From Camelus ferus (Eukaryota), in assembly GCF_009834535.1 (NCBI RefSeq), contig NC_045696.1, positions 35,218,001 through 35,282,000 on the forward strand: a DNA stretch of 64,000 nt, written 5' to 3'. This document shows positions 25,790 through 39,502 of this stretch, one piece after another. Each line of letters opens with the position of its first letter. Positions within the stretch are counted from its first letter, which is position 1. Below the pieces are notes generated by a model. The model did not search any database. It was not told where the DNA came from and saw nothing but the letters and a program-made list of their open reading frames with translations. The position numbers were made by a program, and so were the translations under genes.

Positions 25790-27008
25790 AAATATCAAAT
25801 AAAAGCCTCTTAAAAACAGCTCAAACTCATATCTCACCTCATTCAGGTGTCTGAAATAAAGAAAAATAAACAATGCAAATTACCCATACCTGGCCATCCA
25901 GGTAAATGGAGAGGAACTCACTCTATTTCTGAAAAATAACTTTACATAAAACTGTCCCGAGTCAGAAAGGGAGGCAAATAGAGAATTCACTTGGGTACTA
26001 TACAGATACTCTACAGAGAAACAACCTGAAGAAAGGAAGGCAACAATCAAAAGACACATGAAGAAGACCATTGGAGTGAACAGAAACAGGGAAAAAAAAT
26101 AGAAAACAAATGCATCAAGTACTAAATCAAGTAGAGCATGGGATCTATGGGAAAAGAGATTAGTGATGAGATAATCAGTAAAAAGAGGAGCTTGTAGGAG
26201 AAATAGTAGTCAGAAAACAAAATGAGAAAATAGGATCCACTGCAGTAATTAGGGATACTGTAGAAATAAAAGTAGGAATTGGAAAAAGACCATTTCTAAC
26301 GATGAGATCTCTTCCTGGAGATTATCACTTAGAACGAAGAGAGCAAAGACAAAGTAAGAAAAGTAGGTTTGAGGATAAATGCTAGATTTTGATAACATAA
26401 ACATATGGAAAATTGGAGCCTCCCTGATGCAGAAAGCAGAAAAAATAGAACAGGGGAAAAAAATTAAAGATAATACTTTCCTGAAATGAGAAAATAGCTG
26501 AATTTACACATTTACAAGGTTCACTTTGTTCCCAGAAAAGTTAACAGAGAACATTCAAAACCAAAACATATCCTATTGAAATTATTGAATTATAGGGATA
26601 AAATAATAATAATGCCAAAGGCATTCACACAAAAGAAGCAAGTCACCTATTAAAAAAAAAATCAGGAGACCCTCATACTTCTTTAAGGCAATCATTATGG
26701 ATTGGAGTCAAGTTTATAATGTTTCCAAGGAAAAGGAGAGTGAATAGAATTTTCATTCCATTTCCATTCAAAGCTAGCTAACCATTAATGTGTAAAAGAA
26801 ACAAAAAAGATATTCTCAGATTGTCTGGAATTTGGAGACATATTACCTGAAAACAAATCTTTATATAATTTATACAACTAAGATACTAGTCAAAACAGTA
26901 AAATTCTGATGTGGCAATTATTGTAACTAAACAAAATAAAAGTGTATAAAAGGGATAAACTTACCAATTTAAAGGAAAGATTTGTTTTCTAAAACAAATA
27001 AACCAATA
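25790..27008 (+). mobile_element. Ancient L1 (L1ME/HAL1-like) ORF1 region; left part of the host of the nested L1
   Basis: A-rich degenerate ORF1 phrases: ctttcctgaaatg, aaccaaaacatatcctattgaaatt, aagcaagtcacctat...aaaatcagg. Confidence 0.6.
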
Positions 27009-29420
27009 AAAATTTGTACATAAGTGGAGGTTGGCAGCTAAGATGGTGGAGTAGAAGGAGCCTGAACTTACCTCCTCTCATGAACACACCAAAACCACAA
27101 CTAACTGCAGAACAACCATCAGTAAAAAAGACTGCAACCTACCAGAAAATATATTTCATAACTAAAGACATAAAGAAAGAACCACAAATGAGATGGGTAG
27201 GAGGGATGGACTTGCAATGTAATCAGGTCCAGTATTCCCTGGCTGGGCCACCCACAAGCTGAAGAATAATTATATTGCAGAATTTCCTCATAGAAGTGAG
27301 AATTCTGAGCCCCATGTCAGGCTTCCCAGCCTGGGGTCCAGCACCCACCCAGAAGAGTTCCTAGCATATTTGGGTTTGAAGGTCAGCAGGGTTAAATTGA
27401 AGGAGCTCCACAGGACTGAGGGAAATAGAGACTTCACACTTAAAGGATGCAGACATCTCATGCTCACCAGGATGTAGGGCAAAAGCAGTGATTTCATTGG
27501 AGCGTGGGCCTGACCTATCTGCTGGTCTTGAACAGTCTCCTGGGAAGGAAAGGGGTGGCTGTGGCTCACTCTGGGGACATAGACATGGTGGCAGACATAT
27601 TGGGAAGTAATAATTTGCATGAACTCTCCTGTAGGCTGTTTGGGTCACTAACACCAAGATCCAGCCCCACCCACCAGTGGGCAGGCATTGGCCCCTCCCA
27701 CCAGGAAGCCTGTACAAGCCTCTAGACCAGCCTTACCCACTGGGGACAGACACCAGAAGTAAGAAAACAATGATACTGCAGCATGCCAGAGGAGTCACAA
27801 ACACAGCCCAGACCCTACTCCAGGACCAGCTGCCCCCGGCCCTTGGATGATAAGAAGGGAGTGCACTGTTGGGATGCATGATGTCTCTTATGGAGGGTTA
27901 TTATTCAAAGTTGAGAAACATAACTAACCTACCACAGCCATAAAAATACAAATAGAAATTTAGACAAAATGAGGTGGCAGAAGAATATGTTTCAAACAAA
28001 GGAATAAGGAAATCCCAGAGAAAGAACTAAGTGATGTGGAGATAGGCAATCTACCTAAGACAGAGTTCAAAGTAATGATCATAAAGATGATCAAAGAACT
28101 AGGGAGATGAATGGATGCACAGAGAGAAAAGTTAGAAGTTTTTAAAAGGGTTAGAAAATATTAAAAACAATGAAACAAAGTTGAAGAATACAGTAACTGA
28201 AATGAAAAATACATTAGAAGGAATCAAGTAGATTTAATGAAGCAGAAGAACGGATCAGTGAGCTAAAAGACAGAGTGACAGAAATCATTATTACAAAACA
28301 GAAAAATAAAAAGAATGAAAAGAAATGAGGACAGTTAAAGAGACCTCTGGAACAACATTAAATCAATTAATATTCACATTATATGGGTACCAGAAGGAGA
28401 AGAGAGAGAGAAAGGGCCTGATAAAATATTTGATGAGATAATAGCTGAAAACTTCCCTAACCTGGGAATGGGAACAGTCACCCAAGTCCTGAAGCACAAA
28501 GAATCTCATATAGAATTAACCGTAAGAGGAACACACCAAAACACACTGCAATTAAAATAACAAAAAATAAACATAAAGGAACAATATCAAAAACAACAAA
28601 GGAAAAGCAACAGATAACATACAAAGGAAGTCCCATAGGATTACCAGCTGTTTTTCCCAGCAGAAACTCTACAGGCCAGAAGGGAGTGATGAAAGGGAAA
28701 AATCTATAACCAAGAATACTCTACACAGCAAGGCTTTTGTTCAGATTTGAGTAAGAAATCAAAAGCTTTACGGACAAGTTAAAGTGAAAAGAGTTCAGCA
28801 CCACTATACCAGCTTTTCAACAAAAGTTAAAGGAACTTCTTTACAAAGAAAAGGCCACAACTAGAAACAAGAAAATTATGAAATGGAAAAGCTCACTGGT
28901 AAAGCCACACATACAGTAAAGGTAGGAACTCATCCACACACGAACAGGGAGATTAAAAGATAAAAGTAGTAAGATCATCTATATCCACAAGGAAAAAAAA
29001 AAACAGCTGAAGGATACACAAAACAATTAGATGTAAAATATAATATACAAAATAATAGTCATGAGGGGAGGAGAGTACAAATGCAGGGTATTTAAAATGC
29101 ATTTCAAATTAAGAGAAAAGAAACTTAGAGCAATCACATAAATATACAGACTGCTATACCAAAGCCTCATGGTAACTGAAAACCAAGTATCTCTAATGCA
29201 TATACACACAAAAAAGAAAAAGGAACCCAGACATAACATTAAAGAGAGTCACCAAATCACAAGAAAAGAGAACAAAAGAAGAAAAGGAAGAAAAAAGACC
29301 TGCAGAAACAAAGCAAACAATTAACAAAATGGCAATAAGATCATAAGTATTGATAATTACTTTAAATGTAAATAGACTGAATGGTTTAACCAAAAGACAC
29401 AGACTGGCTGAATATATACT

Positions 29421-29450
<30 letters not shown>
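29421..29450 (+). repeat. (ACA)10 microsatellite within L1 ORF2
   Basis: Read directly. Confidence 0.95.
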
Positions 29451-29451
<1 letters not shown>

Positions 29452-29716
29452 AACCTGGATATCTGCTACCTACAAAGACTCACTTCAGATCTAGAAAAAC
29501 ATGCAGACTGAAAGTGAGGGACTGGAAAAAAGGTATTCCGTGAAAATGGAAACCAAAAGAAAGCCAGAGTAGGAACACTTATATCAGACAAAATATACTT
29601 TAAAATAAAGACTGTAACAAGAGACAAAGAAGGACACACTACATAATGATCAAGGTGTCAACACAAGAAGAAGATATAACATTGTAAATATATATGTACC
29701 CAGCATTGGGACACCT

Positions 29717-29874
29717 CAATATATAAGGCAAATACTAACAGATGTAAAGAGAGAAATCAACAGTAACACAGTAATAGTGGAGGATTTTAACACCCCAATA
29801 TATAAGGCAAATACTAACAGATGTAAAGAGAGAAATCAACAGTAACACAATAATAGTGGAGGACTTTAACACCC
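29717..29874 (+). repeat. 79-bp tandem duplication (2 copies) in the L1 endonuclease region
   Basis: 29717-29795 and 29796-29874 are identical except at 2 positions. Confidence 0.95.
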
Positions 29875-32800
29875 CACTTGCACCAATGGACAGATCATCA
29901 GGACAGAAAATCATTAAGAAAATACAGACTCTAAATGAAATGTTAGACCATATGAACTTAATTGATATTTATAGAGCATTCCATCTGAAAGCAACAGAAT
30001 ACACACTCTTTACATTTTCCAGGACAGATCACATGCTTGGCCACAAGACAAGCCTCTGTAAATTTAAGAAAACTGAAATCATATCAACTATCTTTTCTGA
30101 CCACAATTAGACATCAACTCCAAGGAAAAAAATGAAAAAGACACAAGCACGTAGGGGCTGAACAGTATGCTACTAAACAACCAATGGATCACTGAAGAAA
30201 TCAAAAGAGGAAATCAAAAAAAAGTTTACCTCAGGAAACAAGAAATATCTCAAATAAACAACCTAAAATTACACCTAAAGTAACTACAGAAAGAACAAAA
30301 CTCAAAGTTAGTAGAAGGAAAGAAATCATAAAGATCAGAGAAGAAACAGAGACTGGAAAAATACAAAAGATCAATGAAACTAGAAGCTGATTCTTTGAAA
30401 AGAAAAACAAAATTGATAAACTTTAGGTAGACTCTTCAAGAAAAAAAGGTAGAGGGCCCAAATTAATAAAATCAGAAATGAAAATGGAGAAGCTACAACC
30501 CAAACCACAGAAATACAAAGAATCATAAGAGGTTACTATAAGCAACTATATGTCAATAAAATGGACAACCTAGAAGAAATGGACAAATTCTTAGAAAAAT
30601 ACAATCTCCCAAGACTGAACCAGGAAGAAATAGAAAATAAGAACAGACCAATTACCAGTACCAAAACTGAATCAATATTTAAAAACTCCCAACAAACAAA
30701 AGTCCAGGACCAAATGGCTTCACAGATGAATTTAACCAAACATTTAGAGAAGAGTTAACACCAATCCGTCTGAAACTATTCCAAAAAATTGCAGAGGAAG
30801 GAACACATCTGAACTCATTCTAGGTGGCTACCATCACCCTGATACCAACTAAACAAAGATACCCCCCAAAGGAAAATAACAGGCCAATTTCACTTATGAA
30901 CAAAGATGCAAAATCCTCAATGAAATACCAGCAAACTGAACCAACAATACATTAAAAAGATCACACACTATGATCAAGTGGGATTTACCCCAGGGATACA
31001 AGGATTTTTCAATATCCACAAATCAATATGATACACCACATTAACAAATTGAAGAATAAAAACCATTTGATCATCTCAATAGATACAGAAAAACTTCTTG
31101 ATAAAATTCAACACCAATTTATGATAAAAACTCTCCAGAAAGTTGGCGTAGAGGGAACATACCTCAACATAGTGAAGGTCATGTATGACAAGTCACAGCT
31201 AATATCATACTCAATGGAGAAAAGCTGAAAGCATTCCCTCTAAGATCAGGAACGAAACAAGGATGCCCACTCCTGCGCCTTTTATTCAACATAGTTTTGG
31301 AAGTCCTAGCCATAGGAATCAGAGAAGAGAAAGAACTGAAAATAAACTGAATCTAAATTGGAAAAGAAGTAAAACTGTCACTGCTTGCTAATGACATGAC
31401 ACTATACATAGAAAATCCTAAACATGCTACCAGAAACCTACTATAGCTCATCAATGAATCTGGTAAACTTGCAGGATACAAAATTAATATACAGAAATCT
31501 GTTGCATTACACTAACAGTGAAATATCAGAAAAATAAATTAAGAAAATTCCATTTACTATCTCATCAAAAAGAATAAAATACCTAGGAATAAACCTACCT
31601 AAGGAGGCAAAGGACATATACTCTGAAAACTAAAAGACACTGATGAAAGAAACTGAAGATGACACAAATAGATGGAAAGATATATTGTGTTCTTGAATTG
31701 GAAGAATAAACATTGTTAAAATGGCCACTACCCAAGGCAATATACAGGTTCAATGCAATCCCTTTCAAATTACCAATGGCATTTTTCACAGAACAAGAGC
31801 AAAAAACTTTAAAATTTGTATGGAAACACAAAAGGCCCTGAATAGACAAAAGAATCTTGAGAAAGAAGAATGGAGCTGGAAGAATTATGCTCCCTGACTT
31901 CAGACAATACTACAAAGCTACAGTAATCAAACCAGTATGGTACTGGCACAAAAACAGACACATAGATCAATGGAACAGGACAGAAAGCCCAGAAATAAAC
32001 CCACACCCTATGGTCAATCTATGACAAAGGATCAAAAATATGCAAAGGAGAAAAGATAGCCTCTTTGATCAGTGGTGCTGGGAAGACTGGACAGCTACTT
32101 GTAAAAGGATGAAATTAGAATATTCTCTAATTTCGTATTAAAAAAACTCAAAATGAATGAAAGACTTAAATATAAGACCAGATATGCTAAAACTCTTGGA
32201 AAATGCAGGCTGAACACTCTGACATAAATCGCAGCAATATTTTATGGGGTCCATCTCCTAGAATAATGGAAATAAAAGCAAAAATAAACAAATAGGACCT
32301 AAAACATGTAAGCTGTTGCACAGCAAAGGAAACCATAAACAAAATGAAATGACAATCTATGGAATGGGAGAAGATATTTGCAAATGATGCAACTGACAAG
32401 GGATTAATTTCCAAAATATGAGCAGTAAACCTAAACAGACATTTCTCCAAAGAAGGCATATAGATGGACAACAAGCACATGAAAAGATGTTCAATATAGC
32501 TAATTATTAGAGAAATGCAAGTAAAAAGCACAATGAGGTATATCCTCATACTAGTCAGAATGGACATCATTAACAAGTCTACAAATAATAAATGCTGGAG
32601 AGGGTGTGGAGAAAAAGAAAACACTCCTACACTGTTGGTGGGAATGTAAATTGGTGCACCCACTATGGAAAAACAGTATGAAGATTACTTAGAACACTAA
32701 AATTAGAGTTAACATATAATCCAGCAATTCCACTCTTGAGTATATGTCTAGAGAAAACTCTAATTCAAAAGGATGCATGCACTCCAATGTACATAGCAGC

Positions 32801-33367
32801 ACTATTTATAATAGCCAAGACATGGAAGCAACCTAAATGTCCATCAACAGATGAATACATAAAGAAGATGTGGTACATACACAACGGAATATTACTCAGC
32901 CATAAAAAGAATGAAAAAATGCCATTTGCAGCAACATGGATGGATTCAGAGATTATCATATTAAGTGAAGTAAATCAGACAGAGAAAGACAAATATCATG
33001 TTATCACTTACATGTGGAATCTAAAATAGAAAGGATACAAATTAACATATTTACACACCAGAAATAGACTCACAGACATAGAAAACAAACTTACGGTTTC
33101 CAAAGATGAAAGGAATGGAATAGGGATAAATTAAGAGTTTGGGATTAACATATACACACTACCATATATAAAACAGATAAACAAGGACCTACTGTACAGC
33201 ACAAGGAACTATATTCAGTTCAATCTTGCAATAACCTATAATGGAAAAGAATCTGAAAAAGAATATATATATATGTATGTATAACTTAATCACTTTGCTG
33301 TATGAAACTAACACAACATTGTTAATCAACTATACTTCAATAAAATTATTTTAAAAGTTATACATAA

Positions 33368-33825
33368 TGATGTTTAAAGTGACTCAAAAATAATAAAATT
33401 AATGAACAGCCAAGAATATAATAAAGAAACATAATGCATACAAATATATATCATGTGATAATAAGATCTGAAAAATTGTCATTCAAGAAAAATTTATTCA
33501 GTGGACCAAAGAAGAGTACTTTGATAAGAGGTAATGTCTTAAAAGAACAGATAATTGTCATTAATACGTCCTGAAATAGACATACATCAAATACTTGTTT
33601 TAAATCATGGAAAGATTTGTCAAATATATAAGAGTAGATGTATATGGAATACAGTTGTATCATATAAGAATACATCTCTCAGTTCTCGGAACAAACACAA
33701 AAATAAGTAAGGATCTGCATAGTATAATTAATATGGTTGATTTTTTAAAAAAATATGAAAAATTACATGCAAACAACAGAGAATATATCTTCTCAAGATT
33801 CCATGAACCATTTATTAAATAGGTT
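33368..33825 (+). mobile_element. Ancient L1 ORF2 start (endonuclease region); right part of the interrupted host element
   Basis: aaaataagtaaggat, aacaacagagaatatatcttctcaag, catgaaccatttattaaat are degenerate L1 endonuclease-region phrases, resuming directly after the TSD. Confidence 0.6.
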
Positions 33826-35289
33826 TAGCTTGACATTGGCAGGGTAGAAAAATAGCCTGCTAGTAAGAAATAGCTAATAAATATATAGTTGAGATGTCTT
33901 GCCTGTATGTTACTTAAACAACTACTCTAAAAGAATGCTCTCATTTGTCTCCTTTATAGTCATACTTATTTCATTCAATTATCATATTAATGTCTTAAAA
34001 ATTAGGACATTCTCACCTGGCCTTTTAGACCTGGTGTTTGTGATTGTATAAACTGAGGCCTTAAAAAGGATTTTTTCTGTAAAGGAGATTCAAAATACTT
34101 GCATATGTGCTTCAAATTCTGGGAAGCAGCATGGAATGTCAGTGTTTGATGAGCTAGTTATTTCACAATTCCATTTTACGATAGTATTTCAGAAATGTTA
34201 AGTCTTGTGACAGTTTTGCCACATCAAAAAGCTGTAATTCAGTGATGACAATAATGCTGAGCAGTTAGTTCTGGCCCCGTAGTCTGATGCCGTCTTTACA
34301 CTCGCAGATCAATCCCCCATACACCACTGTCACATAAAAAACATCCCATTGCACTGTACAATTTGGCATGATTGCCTAAGAGGCCTGGGTTGAACTGGCA
34401 TTAATTAGCTATGTCACGCTATTATTCATTCCCCATGAATTTGCTCTTATCATTCAGATCAGGGATGAATTCACTAGCACAGCAGTGTGTAGAAACGATA
34501 TATGATCCACTTGCTTGTGTTTGGTCTAGTATTCCTCTTACACAGAAAAGTCAGTGCTGTAGAATTTAATGCACTCTAAATTTTATTACATCCTTTGGAC
34601 CATCTCTTCCTTTCTCAGCACAGATAATTCACACATTAAGATACCCAGCTTGAAAAGTGCAAGTAAGCTCAGTTCACTTTCTTCCTTCTAAGACAGTTTT
34701 GTTTTATTCTTCTTGCCAGATTCTCCCTCTACCTATCACATTTTCCTTTCTGCCGATGGTCACCCTTCCTGCATTTAATTATCTGAGGTGTATTTCATCT
34801 TGGCTTCCTATGTGAAATCAGATACATAACCCTATTCATCGTCAGCTGGGAAATCCTAAAAGAGAGAATATCCATAAATAACATAGAAAGATAATTATCC
34901 AATAGGATAAATAATGGTCTTAAGTGAACACTCTGGCAATATTCATTTTAAAGATATTTTTGAGCATCTTATGGCATTTTACTGCCTATTTTATTGTCCA
35001 GTATGTCTGGTCCAGAACTTTATTCTTTCTTAAAACTTATCTACATACAGGCAAGAATATAGGACACAGAGTGTTTAATTTTGTGGCCCAGAGAAAAACT
35101 AGTCCCAAAAGATTATAGACAGTCTTCCAAATTGTGTGCTTTGAAAATGATTGAAAAGCATGGCATAATTTTTTTCTTCTAATGTGTCTGAAACACGGAT
35201 TAAAGAGCAAACAAGTTCTCCAGAATGTCTCTTAAAATACGCTGCTCGACATTGTTTTATAAACTCGACAGTTATATAATATTTGTAGT

Positions 35290-35780
35290 TATTTGTTAAG
35301 AAGTTTTAAACTGCAAGTGACAGAAAATCATGACTCAGCAACAAAAAATTTTTATCTTCTAAACAAAAAGTCATTGGGTAAGGTAGCTTCATGTTTGCAT
35401 AACTGAGTGGTCTAAAGACATAACAGAGTAAGTACCTCGCCATTCTTAGTAAGTGGGTGTAGCTCCTGTCATCAAAGGAAGATGGTTGCTGCAGTTTCAG
35501 CCACTACTTGCAGTCATTTCCCTACCCAGTATAAGGGAAAAATGGAATTTTTTCCAGGACAACCCCAAAACACTTTCTCATATTTCATTGGCCAGTATTG
35601 TAACACATCATCAAGATTAAACCGATCACTGACAAGGCAAATGGGACCACCATGATTGCCTTTGGCTAGTCAGTAATTACCACGGGACCTCAGGATAGTG
35701 CCATCCTTCCCAGAGTCATAATAAGGATCTTGCCATCAAGAAAGATGAGGTTTGGAAAGGCAATCAATGGTATCTGGGAA
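35290..35780 (-). mobile_element. Old MLT1 (MLT1J/K-like) LTR
   Basis: tgcaagtgacagaaaa...aagatggttgctgcagtttcag...tttcattggccag...aaaccgatcactgacaagg...accatgattg. Confidence 0.7.
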
Positions 35781-36204
35781 ATTTATTTGCTGAATTAGCC
35801 AATTCCTATTTTATTTCCTAAGAGAATGGAACTCCGGGCAGGTAAATGATCTTCAGTGGAATTTAGGATATTGATAAGGGCAAGGTTTATATATTTGAAG
35901 CAAATAATAAAGGAACAGAGCAGGAAAAACATTCCTGGAGTGAAGATCACTAACTTATCTGACAGATGTTTATGTTAATAGCAGGTGGCAAAGAAGGTTA
36001 GAAAGACTCTAGATAAGGAGATTAAAAACTGAGAAGGTAGGGCACTGAAACTACAATGTTTAAGGAGATAAATTTATCTTCTCATTTTTGTTTTTAATTA
36101 AAACCAGGAAAAAGAAGCAGAATTTTTAAAAAATCTTTGCTCAGCTTTTAAAGCTTCCAGGCCCTGCTGTTTCTTCTATATTTCCCTTTCTTCATTTTGT
36201 TATA

Positions 36205-36570
36205 CCTTTAACAAATATTGTCCTAGGTGACTGAATGTAGCAGTGAACAGAATGGGCAGGAGTCAGTCTTTAGCATAGCTCTCTGCCCTCAAGGAGTTTA
36301 GACAGTAAACAACAAATATAGTAAAGAAATAAATGATACAGTCTCTTAGAAATTGATAAATCCTGTGGGGGAAAAAAGAGAAAGAAAAATGTAATGCAGG
36401 GTAATGGAGATCAGGTGTGCAAGCGGAATACAGTTTTTTTTAAGTATAGTTGATTTACAATATTATATTAGTTTCAGATGTATAGCACAATGATTCAGTA
36501 TAATGATACAATCTTAAATAGGGTACTTAAGAGCACATCCTATTGAAGTAATATTTGAGTAAAGACTTTC
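36205..36570 (-). mobile_element. L2 3' fragment carrying a short L1 3'-end insertion
   Basis: tcctaggtgactgaatgtagcagtgaacag...ctctgccctcaaggagtttagac, and atttgagtaaagactt. Confidence 0.6.
36434..36500 (-). mobile_element. Very short 5'-truncated L1 3' terminus
   Basis: T-run plus aagtatagttgatttacaatattatattagtttcagatgtatagcacaatgattcagt is the reverse complement of an L1 end like that at about 33290-33340. Confidence 0.8.
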
Positions 36571-37317
36571 TGCCATTCAAATCACATCTCTCCTAATGTT
36601 AAGCTGTAATGCAGTGTGAAGCTTTGAGAAATTAAATATCCCTCAAAAATATTAAAATATATTTATTATAGTCTATAAAATAATAATATATTTTATTAAA
36701 CTGTATTAGGAAATATATTTTTTCTTTGAATATCTCTATTGGTAGCTTTCAGTTCCTGCTCTGCATTAAAAATCATCACACAAATGTATTTATTCTTCAA
36801 ATTATGACAAGTTCTAGGTTCATTCAAGCTATTATGCCTCTCTTTAAGTTCCACTTATTCCATTCTGTGCCTAAAGCACTTAGCTCTCCAACTGGCTAAA
36901 ACAGAACCTTCTTGTTTAGTTTTTTTCTGGGAATGATATCTTCTACTAAAAAAGTAAACTTGGGAGGTCAGGCAGAAGCTTATGAGAGACTGAGAGAGAA
37001 AAGCTTCACCCAGATACTTCAACCAAAGTAGCCGACGATCACTCCTAGTGATCAAAGGTGTAAAAATTTCTTTTGTATCCAGCTGGCTTTGGCTATTGAT
37101 TTATTTGGTGTGAAACATAGTAAGTGCTACCTTCAGGGATAATTTTAATTTAATCAATGTTTATTTTTTATATTTATTGATGGCTCCTTCTACTTCTACA
37201 ATCTCTAGACTTAATGTGTTTGGTACCTGAGTCTCCCATCATGGTCAGTTGTCCTTCCCAAACTGCCCCAGGTTTTGAAAGCTTAAATCTCCTCTTCAAT
37301 TCCCATCCTTGCAGATA

Positions 37318-39502
37318 CAGGCGTATCTCATTTTATTGCACTTCACAGATACTGCTTTTACAAATTGAAAGCTTGTGGCAACCCTGCATTGAGTAAGTGT
37401 GTCACATTTTGCTAATTCTTGCAATATTTCAAACTTTTTCATTATTATTATATTTTTATAGTGATCTGTAATCAGTCATCTTTGATGTTACTGTTGTAAT
37501 TGTTTGGGGACATCATGAACCACACCCATGGAAGTCAGCAACTTTAATCAATAAATGTTGTGTGTGTTCTGATTACTCCACTGACTGGCAGTTCCCTCAT
37601 TTCTCTCCCTCTCCTGGTGACTTCCTATTCCCTGAGACACAACAATATTGAAATCAGGTCAACTATTAACCCTAAAATGGCCTCTAAGCATTGAAATGAA
37701 AGGAAGAGTCACATGTCTCTCACTAGTAAGGAAAGCATGTGGAAAGCCAAGATAGACTAAGAGTGAGGTCTCTTGTATTATATAGCCAAGTTGTGAATGC
37801 AAAGAAAATTTCTTGAAGGAAAGTAAAAGTCCTCCTCCCGTGAATACACAAATGATAAGAAAGCAAATCAGCCCTACACCTGACACGGAGAAAGTTTTAG
37901 TGGTCTGGATAGAAGATCAAACCAGCCACAAGATTCCCTTAAGCCAAAGCCTAATCCAGAGCAAGGCCTAACTCTCTTCAATTCTGTGAAAGCTTAGAGA
38001 GGAAAGGAAGCTGCAGGAGAAATGTTTGAAGGTAGTGGAGACGAAGTCATGAGGTTTTAGGAAAGAAGCTATCTCCATGACATAAAAGTGCAAGGTGAAG
38101 CAGCAAGTGCTGATGTCAAAGCTGTAGCAAGTTATTTAGAAGTTCTAGCTAAGAAAATTAATAATGGCAGCTACACTAAACAACAGATTTTATAGTGGAA
38201 GAAAATGCCAATATTGGAAGAAGATGCCACTTGGGACTTTCATAGCTAGAGAAGAGAAGTCAAGGTGAATTCAAAGTTTCAAAAAACAGGCTCACTCTCA
38301 TTAGGGGTTAATGAGAATCTGCTTGTACGCTATAAATGGAACAAAGCACATCTGTTTATAACACAGCTTACTGAATATTTTAAGCCCACTGTTGAGACCT
38401 ATTGCTCAGTGAAAAGATTCCTTTCAAAGTATTACTGCTCACTGGCAACGCACCTGGTTACCCAAGAGCTCTGATGGAGATACACAATGAGATGAATGTT
38501 GTTTTCATGACTCCTAACACAACATCTATTCTGCAGCCCATGGGTCAATACAAATGTGTTTAAGAAATACACTTCATAAGGCTAGAGCTGCCAAAGAGAG
38601 TGATTCCTCTATTGGATCTGGGCAAAGTCAACTGAAAAGCTTCTGGAAAGGATTCATCATTTTAGATGCCATTAAAAACATTCATGATTTATGGGAAGAT
38701 ATTAATACCAGCATTAATAGGAGTTTGGAAGAAGTTGATTCTAACTCTCATGAATGACTTTGAGGGGTTCAAGATTTCAGTGGAGGAAGTAACTGCAGAT
38801 GTGGTGGAAATAACAAGAAGACTAAAATTAGAAACGGAGCTTGAAGATGTGACTGAATTGCTGCAATCTCATAATAAAATTTGAACAGATGAGGAGTTGC
38901 TTCTACTGATGAGCAAAGAAAGTGGTTTATTGAGATGAAATCTCCTCCTGGTAAAGATGCTGTGGAGAGCGTTGAAATGACAACACAGGGTTTAGAGTAT
39001 TACATAAAGTTAGTTAATAAAGCAACATCAGGGTTTGAGAGGATTGACTCTAATTTTGAAAGAAGTTCTACTGTGAGTAAAATGCCATCAAACAGCATTG
39101 CATTGACAGAGAAATCATTCATGAAAGAAAGAGTCCACTGATGCAGCAAATTTCATTGTTGTCTTATTTTAAGAAATTGCCATAGCCACCTGACCTTCAG
39201 CAACTACCACCCTGATCAGTCAGCAGCCATCAACACTGAGGCACAAACCTCCACCAGCAAAAAGATTACTACTCATTGAAGGCTCAGATAATAGCTATCA
39301 TTTTTTTAGTAATAAAGTATTTTTAATGTACATTGTTTATTTAGATACAATACTATTACCCAGTTAATAGACTACAGTCTAGTGTAAACATAACTTTTAT
39401 ATGCACTGAGAGACCAAAGATTTGTGTAATTCATTTTATTGCAATATTCACTTTATTGTGGTGGTCTGGACCTGAATCCACAATCTCTCTGAGGTATGCC
39501 TT
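37318..39502 (+). mobile_element. Tigger1 (TcMar/pogo) DNA transposon, near full length, transposase disrupted
   Basis: Degenerate terminal inverted repeats caggcgtatctc / gaggtatgcctt with TA on both sides (37316-37317, 39503-39504). Transposase remnants: [73 protein letters not shown]. Confidence 0.95.

Larger units (their letters stand above)
29329..33029 (+). pseudogene. Disrupted L1 ORF2 (endonuclease/reverse transcriptase)
   Basis: ORF-track fragments 29856-30110, 30561-30758, 31028-31228 and 32736-33029 are collinear L1 ORF2 pieces separated by stops, frameshifts and deletions. Confidence 0.9.
27024..33352 (+). mobile_element. Near full-length, defective LINE-1 (cetartiodactyl-type)
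   Basis: 5'UTR starting ...aagatggtggagtagaagg; ORF1 remnant about 27970-28850; ORF2 remnants (DFNTPL...SRTDHMLGHK endonuclease, [68 protein letters not shown]-terminus); 3'UTR ending tcaactatacttcaataaaa. TSD aaaatttgtacataa (27009-27023) / aaaagttatacataa (33353-33367), 13/15. Confidence 0.95.

Noticed and set aside
11236..34292. Shared 12-mer agtctgatgccg in two candidate conserved blocks
   Set aside because: Many 12-mer repeats are expected by chance at this window size.
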